Shown here one piece after another: positions 37,201 to 64,000 of a stretch of DNA of 64,000 nt. Each line of letters starts with the position of its first letter. Position 1 is the stretch's first letter. The position numbers were made by a program, and so were the translations under genes. The notes below the pieces were generated by a model. The model was not told the DNA's origin and searched no databases. It saw only the letters and a program-made list of their open reading frames with translations. This DNA comes from Tubiluchus corallicola (lineage: Eukaryota; Animalia; Priapulida), in NCBI GenBank assembly GCA_030141605.1, contig JAQGDQ010002377.1, positions 1-64,000 on the forward strand, in the 5' to 3' direction.

Positions 37201-38697
37201 CAATTCCAGACTCAGTTCTACCACTGTCGTGTGAACTATAGCTTTTCTTTGCATATGGTGTTTTTTTAAAAATGTTTCTTTCCTTTACACCAAATGCTCA
37301 ATGTTTTCCTCTGATTTTGTCTAACTAAATCATTGTTGGCTTACTAGTGGCACAAGACGCCAGTTAGCCCAGCAATTTACAGCAACAGTTTGCACTACAG
37401 CTGTACATCAATGTAACGTAACAGTATTCATCTAATTTCCGTTAAAACACTCAAACTGATCAGATTTTTTGCTTAAAATTTAATTGACCACTAAAACCTG
37501 CTAAACCATGCTTAAATGTGTATGAAATGCACTTTCTTGAACGTTACAGCGTATCAAAATGAAAGCAATTTCTGCCTGTGATCCTATCATATTTCTGTAT
37601 ATGTATTAGCTGGTGGCATTTTCGAATAGTTTTATTATATTAAGCCTTTTCACAGTATTGTGCACCCACGCAGTTGCTGTAGGTCAAGGATTAAGTGAGC
37701 CACAGCATCGTGTCTTAACTGCAACATGACATGTCGATAAAGCAAAGCCATCTACTGCACCAGTTCAGTAATTTCAGTTGTTTTACGTACTTAATTATGC
37801 ATAGTCTGTGCATAGAGTGATTTACTAACAGGAGCATTTACTAACAAGAAAGCATAAACTTGGTAAGGTTCTAGCTAGCTGTTAAAACTGTTACTATTAC
37901 TGTAGCTTAGGCTGCAAGGCATTACAAAGTGTGCACAAATGCGTTGTTCACTTAACCTTTGACCTTTTTGCCGTCAGTCATTGGAACTGTAAAAAAACTT
38001 AATACTGTTATTCATCCGCATAATAACGTGTACTTATTGCAGAAATAATTTGTTTTTGCATTTGCACTTACTGTTGATTTTACTATTATTTCAGACTGAA
38101 TCTGCAGAGGAAGTGGATGTGTTTTTTCCAGAGGAGGGAGTCTGGTATGACTACTTTAATGGCACTTACATTGACAACACAGATGGACAACTGCAGCACA
38201 CAATAGCAGCTCCTCTTGAGGATCTTGCCATGTTTACGGTGGGTGGAACAATAATTCCAACTTGGGAGTGTCCAGAACGAGCAACAACAAAGAAGTGTGA
38301 TGACTTGGGTAAACTCGGCTTGATCGTGTCTCTGAATGACCAATCAATGGAAGCTTATGCTAAAGGCTACTTGTTCTGGGATGATGGTTTTTCTTTAGAC
38401 ACGTATGAGAAAGGAGATTACTATGATGCTAAATTGAAGTATGAACACAATACGGTTTATGTACTTGGTTCCAACAGAGGCTATGATATGAGCAGATTTA
38501 CTTTGGATAGCATCGACTTGGTGGGTTTGGCATGGGAACCAAAGTATTTCCGTGTCAATGGAGTTGTAGTCTCACCAGATGTCACGTGGAATAGTGATAC
38601 AATGGTAAGCATTTACAATGGTACATTTCACATGTGGAATGATTGGGTTGGTCTTACGTTAGGATTTTTGGTTTTTATTTATTGTCCAACAAAGTAA
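16117..38697 (+). CDS. GH31 alpha-glucosidase module 1 (maltase-glucoamylase/sucrase-isomaltase-like); 5' exons not found
   Basis: In-frame GT-AG exon chain with nucleophile motif WIDMNE, acid/base motif WTGDN, GADICGF, RNHN and LLPYLYT. Confidence 0.92.
16617..16791 (+). CDS. GH31 module 1 alternative exon A ([29 protein letters not shown])
   Basis: tag/gtaagt, 175 nt, phase 2/0. Confidence 0.85.
18529..18697 (+). CDS. GH31 module 1 alternative exon B ([27 protein letters not shown])
   Basis: tag/gtaagt, 169 nt, phase 2/0; paralog of 16617-16791. Confidence 0.88.
20322..20362 (+). other. Degenerate 5S rRNA-like fragment
   Basis: gatc..aagttaagcaacactgggcctagcttag resembles the 5S A-box region. 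Confidence 0.4.
20395..20685. repeat. Minisatellite with a unit of about 32 bp (aacattgtttaaagttactgttgtagtttctt), about nine copies
   Basis: Direct inspection. Confidence 0.88.
20956..21052 (+). CDS. GH31 module 1 exon ([24 protein letters not shown])
   Basis: tag/gtgagt; LLNSNAM motif. Confidence 0.92.
21544..21653 (+). CDS. GH31 module 1 exon (..[27 protein letters not shown])
   Basis: tag/gtaag; RTIGG.LDF motif. Confidence 0.92.
22437..22562 (+). CDS. GH31 module 1 exon ([26 protein letters not shown])
   Basis: tag/gt; LGFQ.SRWGY motif. Confidence 0.92.
23651..23785 (+). CDS. GH31 module 1 exon ([22 protein letters not shown])
   Basis: tag/gtgagt; DIDYM motif. Confidence 0.92.
24130..24236 (-). 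mobile_element. tRNA-derived SINE-like head plus body fragment
   Basis: Minus strand has A box AGCTCAAATGATAGAGC and B box GAGTTCAAATCCC, then acaatttttcag.. body shared with 4820 and 41930. Confidence 0.55.
24783..24914 (+). CDS. GH31 module 1 exon ([18 protein letters not shown])
   Basis: cag/gtaagt. Confidence 0.9.
25044..25160 (+). CDS. GH31 module 1 exon ([18 protein letters not shown])
   Basis: tag/gtaag; first half of WIDMNE. Confidence 0.93.
26115..26244 (+). CDS. GH31 module 1 exon with catalytic nucleophile ([13 protein letters not shown])
   Basis: tag/gtaagt. Confidence 0.93.
26579..27191. mobile_element. TTAA-flanked non-autonomous DNA element (Kolobok/piggyBac-like), copy 1
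   Basis: Distal 340 bp highly similar to 30332-30663; TTAA at both ends. Confidence 0.6.
27210..27360 (+). CDS. GH31 module 1 exon (..[26 protein letters not shown]..)
   Basis: tag/gtaagt; HYDVHSLYG motif. Confidence 0.92.
27602..27680. repeat. Imperfect (CT)n microsatellite
   Basis: Direct inspection. Confidence 0.9.
28405..28538 (+). CDS. GH31 module 1 exon with acid/base Asp (..[19 protein letters not shown]..)
   Basis: cag/gt; SRST and WTGDN motifs. Confidence 0.93.
28600..29480 (-). mobile_element. Degenerate LINE 3' fragment (C-terminal Cys/His region)
   Basis: Minus strand reads [34 protein letters not shown], typical of non-LTR ORF2 C-termini. Confidence 0.65.
30089..30123 (+). 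CDS. GH31 module 1 short exon ([11 protein letters not shown]), 35 nt
   Basis: cag/gtaagt; same-size paralog at 57917-57951. Confidence 0.9.
30305..30663. mobile_element. TTAA-flanked non-autonomous DNA element, copy 2 (shorter)
   Basis: ttaaggaaaac..gtttttctttaa ends; similar to 26855-27190. Confidence 0.65.
30985..31626. mobile_element. hAT-type MITE
   Basis: TIRs TAGTGGCATAA / TTACACCACTA; 8-bp TSD caatgaac/caataaac. Confidence 0.7.
31696..31812 (+). CDS. GH31 module 1 exon ([23 protein letters not shown]..)
   Basis: cag/gt; GADICGF and RNHN motifs. Confidence 0.94.
32376..33780. repeat. 21-bp minisatellite (AGGTAGAAGGTGACCTCTTAT), roughly 65 copies
   Basis: Direct inspection. Confidence 0.95.
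33863..34011 (+). CDS. GH31 module 1 exon ([29 protein letters not shown])
   Basis: cag/gt; RY.LLPYLYT motif. Confidence 0.93.
34148..34901. mobile_element. pogo/Tigger-like MITE
   Basis: Imperfect 21-bp TIRs CAATGAGTCCTCGCTTAACGA / TTGTTAAGCGAGAACTTACTG, flanked by TA. Confidence 0.7.
35332..36000 (-). mobile_element. LINE 3'UTR-like remnant
   Basis: Minus strand has AATAAA followed by a (TCTAA)n tail, plus a hairpin at 35421-35469; the 5' boundary is uncertain. Confidence 0.45.
36565..36643 (+). CDS. GH31 module 1 exon ([26 protein letters not shown])
   Basis: gag acceptor, gtaagt donor; D.Q.MWG.AL..APV motif. Confidence 0.88.
38095..38604 (+). CDS. GH31 module 1 large C-terminal exon (may instead read through to the stop at 38697)
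   Basis: WYDY, GGTIIP and GYLFWDDG motifs; donor gtaagc at 38605, but the frame stays open to TAA at 38697 with AATAAA at 38721. Confidence 0.85.
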
Positions 38698-38709
38698 ATC
38701 TCTCAGGGT

Positions 38710-38862
38710 TCTATCTATGTAATAAACAGTTGAAGAAATTGCACAAATGTAGGATACATGTTTGCCTACAACTCTAAACACAACGCAAAGCTATCTATGT
38801 AATAAACAGCTGAAGAAATTGCACAAATGTAGGATACATGTTTGCTTACAACTCTAAACACA
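38710..38862. repeat. Two-copy tandem duplication, period about 80 bp
   Basis: ctatctatgtaataaacag..caactctaaacaca occurs twice. Confidence 0.85.
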
Positions 38863-39662
38863 AATCATTTTTCTTTGTTCTGTTAATTTCTTTAGGAAAA
38901 GCTGAAACTTTCTGAGATCGTGAAAGATATAACTATAATTGTTTATTAAGTCAGACAAAATTTTGTAGAATTTGATACTAGATTTAGAAGTGGTAATTAT
39001 AGTTTCTATAGTGAATGTTTTCATTTGTTTATAGAAAGCTGATATCACTAACGTTGGTCATTCACTGTCTGATGACATGGTTTTTGAGTTTAGGTATGTA
39101 AAAGAACCTTCAATAAATTAAAAAGAGAAAAAGTATCCAGATTAATCATAACCCGATTTAATAGTTTTAATACTGCCGAATGATGAGAAACTACTGATTA
39201 GCTCAAAACAGTAGCTTTTCTAGCTGATTCCGCCATAATTAGGAATATGTACATAGCCAAACTTTGCAATCCGTGGAACCGACATGCTGTGACCACTTCC
39301 CAATTATAACATTGTAAAAAACTTTGTTACCAAACATTGTTACCAAATTTTAGAATTGGAAATCAGACAGAGAAATGCTGTTGTAAATAACTCCTGCATG
39401 TACAAACTGAAATTTGTTCAGGCATTTGTTTTCTGCTTTTTATATGTGCTTTAGCTCCATAATAATTTACCCTGTAAATGCAAACACATAAACTGTAATT
39501 TTGTTTATGCACAAAATAGCAAATGTGCATTAAATGAGGGGAATAGCTTAGTGACCAAAGTTGTAAGCAATGCCTAGCCAGGTTAGCTGATGGTTAGCTG
39601 CTGGAAAACCACTCGTGTGTCTGCCTATTTATGTGTTGAGGAATTGAACTTGACAAAGACAG

Positions 39663-40645
39663 CTCTGCTGGTTCAATGTTTCATAATAGCTAAGCTCTGT
39701 TCCTGCACCTTTGCTGGTTCATTGTTTCATCATAGCTAGGCGTTGTTCCTGCACCTCTGCTGGTTTAGTATTTCATCATAGTTAGGCTCTCTTCCTGCAC
39801 CTCTTTTGGTTCAGTGTTTCATCATGGCTAGGTGTTGTCTCTGCACCTCTGCTAGTTTAGTATTTCATCATAGTTAGACTCTCTTCCTGCACCTCTGCTG
39901 TTTCAGTATTTCATCATAGTTAGGCTCTCTTCCTACACCTCTGTTGGTTCAGTGTTTCATCATGGCTAGGTTTTGTTTCTGCACCTCTGCTGGTTCATTG
40001 TTTCGTCATAACTAGGCTTTGTTCCTGTACCTGTTGCTGCAGCAGTCATACCACAATCCTGGTACAGATTATCCAAATCAAGACATTGATAAATCTTTTG
40101 AGCTGATGTAATCTTTCTTCCTACTGTTTCCACTAACACATCCTTCTACCCTTTCTGTGTGATCTAACCTTTCTCCCAGTTCTTTTTTTTTGTTCACTCA
40201 TCCATTCTTTTTTTTATCTGGTTCACATGACAGTGGGCTTATACAAGCTTTTGCTTCTCTAGCCCACTGTAATACAATAATTCTTTTATTATAACTATAG
40301 TGTATGAAACATAATAATTTAATACAGTATGAAGTAACAATTTTGATGTCACTATGTATTTAACGTCATTATATTGTACTGAATGTGATAATAATAAAAG
40401 CTTCAAAACTTCAAAACCTCTGCTGATTCAATGTTTTGACATAGCAAGGCACTGTTCTTGCACCTCTGCTGCTTCATTGTTTCATCATAACTAGGCTTTG
40501 TTCCTGCACTTTGCTGGTTAAGTGATTCATCATAGCTAGGCTTTGTTCCTGTAGCTCTGCTGGTTTGTTGTTTCATTGTAGCTACTCTTTGTTCCTGTAC
40601 CTCTGCTGGTCCAATGTTTCATCATATTTAGGCTCTGTTCCTGCC
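39663..40645. repeat. 46-bp minisatellite interrupted by a LINE-tail-like insertion (about 40035-40415)
   Basis: Unit ctctgctggttcagtgtttcatcatagctaggctctgttcctgcac occurs on both sides of the insertion. Confidence 0.85.
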
Positions 40646-41630
40646 ACAACCCGTCCTACATAGCAGGTCCTGTCATTTTGTGCTGGATTCCGAAGTACCA
40701 TAACTTGTAAAAAATATTGCGTGTAGAGACGCAGCCTTTTAGGTCCTTACTTGCCTACAAATGAACTCTTAGTAGCTGATCTTACTAGTTCACTTAACTC
40801 CTGTATAGTAACTTATACATTCTTGTTGGAGACCTTAGCCTTAGCATCCAATAAACAGTCAAACACAGACTGTAGCTCATTAGCTCCAATAGCAGACAGC
40901 GTGAACGGACTAGATAATACTAATCACACATTTTGATGTACATTTTAGTGGATATCCATTTCCAACTGAAGAAGTACTCAGCCGGATAGATTGTTTTCCA
41001 GAACTGGACAACATTAATATTACTAACGTGGAATGCCTTGCACGCAATTGCATATATGATGATTCATTTGAGAATCCAGGTGTACCTGTGTAAGTCTTAT
41101 TAATCAATTTTGTTCATCGTATTTATATAGTAGTCGATACGTACAGTGTCTCTCGACTATGTGCCTCCTGTTTTACCCTTCTTATTGTCTGGCTTCTATG
41201 TTAAAGGAAAAGAAATAAATTCAGTTTATACCAGTTTATGATTTAAGGTTAATAAACTGCAAATTGTTATTAGAGGCCTAGAAATTATAATAGTTATTGT
41301 CCTCTAAATATCCCATTCGGTAAATATATCACTCTAGGTGCAAAAATATTAGTCAGGCGTCCTTTCCATACTGATAGAGGAGGGTACTTATTAGTTTACT
41401 GTTTATTCTCACTGCAGGCTTCTCTATCAGATCACTTATGTAAACTGGGAATTTTGTACAATTATTTTCTGCATTTGTACAGTTCTGCAAAGTGGCTTTG
41501 CTATATGCCAGTTTCTGCAAGATAATGCTGAATAAGACCAAAGTGTGTGACAATTTTTATTATGTAAACAGTAAAACGTGCAGTTTGTCTTGTATTAAAT
41601 GCTGAAAAAACTAATAGAAATCTGTATACG

Positions 41631-42050
41631 TATCATTAATTTATTATGACTGTGGTTGCCAGAATTTTTATGAACCATTGCAGATTATTTTACCAATTAT
41701 TGCCCATTGCTGGTAATTAGTTGGAGAAATGAGATGCTGAAAATTGTGAGTTGCCAGAGCTAATTTTAGAATATCAGTACCATAAGTGGTACTATCATGG
41801 GTACAGGTGGCGCTGTTGGATTGTGTGCTATAAGGAGGAAATCTCAGCCTGCTCCATCACCATCATGTTGACTAGTAACTCAGCTAGTAAAACATGAGAG
41901 TACTAATCAGAGGTCTTGGTACTGACTAGTCCACAATTTTTTAGTATCTCCTTTCTCCAACTCATTACCCGCAATGGGTAATAATTGGTAAAAGAAACCA
42001 CAATGGTTTATAAAAATTCTGGCAACCACAGTCATAAGTCATTAATGATA
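41631..42050. mobile_element. MITE-like element with inverted arms of about 110 bp and a tRNA-like core
   Basis: tatcattaat..tgactgtggttgccagaatttt is inverted relative to aaaattctggcaaccacagtca..attaatgata. Confidence 0.75.
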
Positions 42051-42807
42051 TCATTAGTGGGCAGCTAATTTAATGCCTATGCTATAACGCGTATAAAGCA
42101 TTGTTACCATCTGTATATGTATTTCTTGAGTTAAAGATTGAAACACCTGTTTGTATATTGTAATGCATGCTGTTTAGACAAGTTAATTAATCTGTAATTT
42201 TCAGCTGACGACACTGCACATATCTGTTCTGAAATTCTTGCTGCTCATTTGAAGCCAAGTAAAGGTGCAGTGAGTGAATTTGATGGTAGCTAATTGAATT
42301 TTCAGTGGCTCCACGACAAACAGTTTCAGTAACAGTGTCGTTGACATGATTGCTCTTTGCATTGATTTTACCAATTACAATGTCCAGCCTTTATTGCTGA
42401 TCTAGTATTAGATACATAAAATGCCCATTCTGCAAGTAGGACAGGTAAAGTAAAACAACTTATAGTGAGTATACAGTATTAAGGGGGTGCTGCTACTTTT
42501 AGCGCAAGGATTAACTGAATGTTCGACAATACTGCATTACACAGCATCATATGAGTGAGCTGTAGTAGTAGTGATTGTTGTAGGTGTAACAGCTAATATT
42601 TGTACAAAAGCACAAACATGGTCATAGTAATGGCAAAATAGGTAGTACTGTGAGCTAACCACAGTAGTTTGTTTGATGTTTGCCCATCATAAAATTGTGT
42701 CCTAATGTGTATATGTCCTAATACATAGCTTTATACCATATTATATTGCATTACCATTGAATTTTAAAATTTACCTTTCATGAGACATGTACTTATTTTT
42801 ATTTTAG

Positions 42808-61550
<18,743 letters not shown>

Positions 61551-61972
61551 GTAAGTTAAGCATGACTACACTGATCAAATTCGGTCCATCTTTCTTGTTA
61601 GAATGTCCTCCTTTGGTATAGAGAAGTTAGGTGACTTTTGGTCTATAACCAGAAGTGATTGTCCTATAACCAAAATATTTCTGCAATTTGGCTGTATTGC
61701 TCTTGGGCCTTTTATAGAGACTATGACTGTTATAATCTTGCATTTCTTTTCCTACCTTGTTTTGTACATTAGAAGAAAAGAAGGAAAAACCAAACTCCAA
61801 TGCTCTTCTCCTACCTGCCCATGTCACAGGTTTCCCAGACACCTCTATACCCTCATAGTGCTCCACAACTACACTCAGACATCGACGTCGACGATAATGG
61901 CAAAGTTCTTGGAACCTGGCTGGGGGAGAGATCGGCTAGTCTGATACGACTATTTTAAATGTAAGCAGTATC

Positions 61973-63058
61973 CAAAAGAACCAACCCAAGGAACAAGAAA
62001 AGAACAAACCCAACGAACAAGAAAAGAACAAACCCAAGGAATAACAAAAGAACGAATCCAAGGAATAACAAAAGAACAAACCCAAGGAATAACAAAAGAA
62101 CGAACCCAAGGAATAACAAAAGAACAAACCCAAGGAACAACAAATGAACCAATTCAAGGAACAACAATAGAACAAACCCAATGAACAACAAATGAACCAA
62201 CCCAAGGAACAACAAAAAAACCAACCCAAGGAACAACAAAAGAAAAAATCCAAAGAACAACAAAAGAACCAACTCAAGGAACAAGAAAAGAACAAACCCA
62301 ACGAACAAGAAAAGAACAAACCCAGGGAATAACAAAAGAACGAACCCAAGGAATAACAAAAGAACAAACCCAAGGAATAACAAAAGAACGAACCCAAGGA
62401 ATAACAAAAGAACAAACCCAAGGAACAACAAATGAACCAATTCAAGGAACAACAATAGAACAAACCCAATGAACAACAAATGAACCAACCCAAGGAACAA
62501 CAAAAAAACCAACCCAAGGAACAACAAAAGAAAAAATCCAAAGAACAACAAAAGAACCAACTCAAGGAACAAGAAAAGAACAAACCCAACGAACAAGAAA
62601 AGAACAAACCCAGGGAATAACAAAAGAACGAACCCAAGGAATAACAAAAGAACAAACCCAAGGAATAACAAAAGAACGAACCCAAGGAATAACAAAAGAA
62701 CAAACCCAAGGAACAACAAATGAACCAATTCAAGGAACAACAATAGAACAAATCCAATGAACAACAAATGAACCAACCCAAGGAACAACAAAAAAACCAA
62801 CCCAAGGAACAACAAAAAAAAACAACCCAAGGAACAACAAAAAAAATCCAAAGAACAACAAAAGAACCAATCCAAGGAACAACAAATGAACCAATCCAAG
62901 GAACAACAAAAGAACTAACCCAAGCTACAACAAATGAACCAACCCCAAGGAACAACAAAAGAACCAATCCAATGAACAACAAAAGAACCAACTCAATCCA
63001 CAACAAAAGAACCAAACCAAGGAACATTAATAGAACCAACCCAAGAAACAACAAAAGA
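61973..63058. repeat. A/C-rich 24-bp minisatellite with a 288-bp higher-order repeat
   Basis: Unit approximately aaagaacaaacccaaggaacaaca; diagnostic variants recur 288 bp apart (62249 and 62537). Confidence 0.92.
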
Positions 63059-64000
63059 ATGTTGTCTATGATAATGGTTGCAGCAATTTCAGCACTTTTA
63101 AATAATGATGTTGCATAGTGAGCATAATTAGTGGCTAAGTCAATTAAATGCGAGTGACTGCTCGTAACTGATGGGTATAGATCAGTCTGGTGTCCTCTCT
63201 GGCCCAGTTTGAGAAACCTGTGGGTAAAAAGTGCAAAAAGATTTCTAAATCAAGAGATCGCAAGCCATGAACGTCCTCTTTATTCGACTGTGTTTTAACT
63301 TCTAGAAAATAATTCTGGTTCACAAATGTAAGAACTGGTTTTTTTAAGCAAAAATGGCAGTTTTTGCAACAAATTAGCTTTATGAAATCATCAGACATCT
63401 CGTTTTTATATTTAGTGTGCTTAGAGCGTTAAAAAATTCACACACGGAATTTATGCATTTAACTATTGCAAATTCCCTTCTTCTTATGTGTAAGCAAAGT
63501 AATAAACATAGTAAAACGAAAAAAAAATTAAATTTGCCATTCTCATCACAGAAATATATGGCTTCTTACTCTGTGCTTTTGAGTGTTAAGTTGGTTGATC
63601 ATTTTATGGCTTGCAATTAGTGATGGGTGATTTTGAAATTTTTTAAGTCGATTATAATCCTGTTATTGTAATTCTTTTGCAGCAATCTTTTAGTGTTTTA
63701 GCCATGTTTTTCAAATATTGCTGGACTGAAAGACAACCTATAAACTTCTTCGTGACTTTCGTCCCTGTCTGCCATTTTTGTACTCGCAAACTATTTTATA
63801 AGCATGCAGACATCCACATTCATTAACTACTTTAATATTACATCACTACACACGACATGTGAAAATGAATTTAAATCCCTCAGTTTGCAACACTGTAATT
63901 TGCAATTGTGCGCATTGTGTAAGGTAAAAATAACGAAAAAAATGTAAGGATTCCGTTTATTTGTGCTAAAACACTGCCTTTTAGTTAATGTGTAACTCAT

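Noticed and set aside
42205-42265. Candidate linker exon (LTTLHISVLKF..)
   Set aside because: The frame stops quickly, there are no trefoil cysteines, and the similarity is too weak.
61602-61960. Candidate next GH31 exon (MSSFGI.. or ..DDNGKVLG..)
   Set aside because: Lacks the expected G.LFWDDG motif and a consistent phase and donor.
61936-63054. 372-aa and 314-aa minus-strand ORFs rich in Phe, Cys and Leu
   Set aside because: Artefacts of the A/C-rich 24-bp minisatellite, whose reverse strand lacks stop codons.

Overview
AT-rich, intron-dense animal (probably invertebrate) genomic DNA. All host exons lie on the + strand and I traced them by hand from GT-AG junctions. 344-6728 holds seven exons of the molybdopterin-binding C-terminal part of a xanthine dehydrogenase/aldehyde oxidase-family gene; I could not find the final exon(s) with the catalytic Glu. 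6.8-15.6 kb is a transposon cluster: a near full-length frameshifted LINE (-), a (GA)n tract, and an old LINE tail into which a second LINE tail and an internally deleted Gypsy element inserted. 16117-61550 encodes two consecutive GH31 alpha-glucosidase modules of the maltase-glucoamylase/sucrase-isomaltase type, both with intact catalytic Asp motifs. Introns carry many MITEs, LINE tails and minisatellites. Most notable observations: (1) a tandem pair of homologous exons in GH31 module 1 that look mutually exclusive and differ mainly in a substrate-binding loop; (2) a 5S rRNA-headed SINE with an RTE-like tail inserted at the centre of a 22-bp palindrome; (3) an unexplained junction from a truncated XDH gene into a GH31 gene lacking its 5' exons; (4) apparent clustered intron loss in module 1; (5) a repeat family with a tRNA-like core that also occurs in inverted-repeat form. 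Family and clade assignments come from motif recognition, not database searches.
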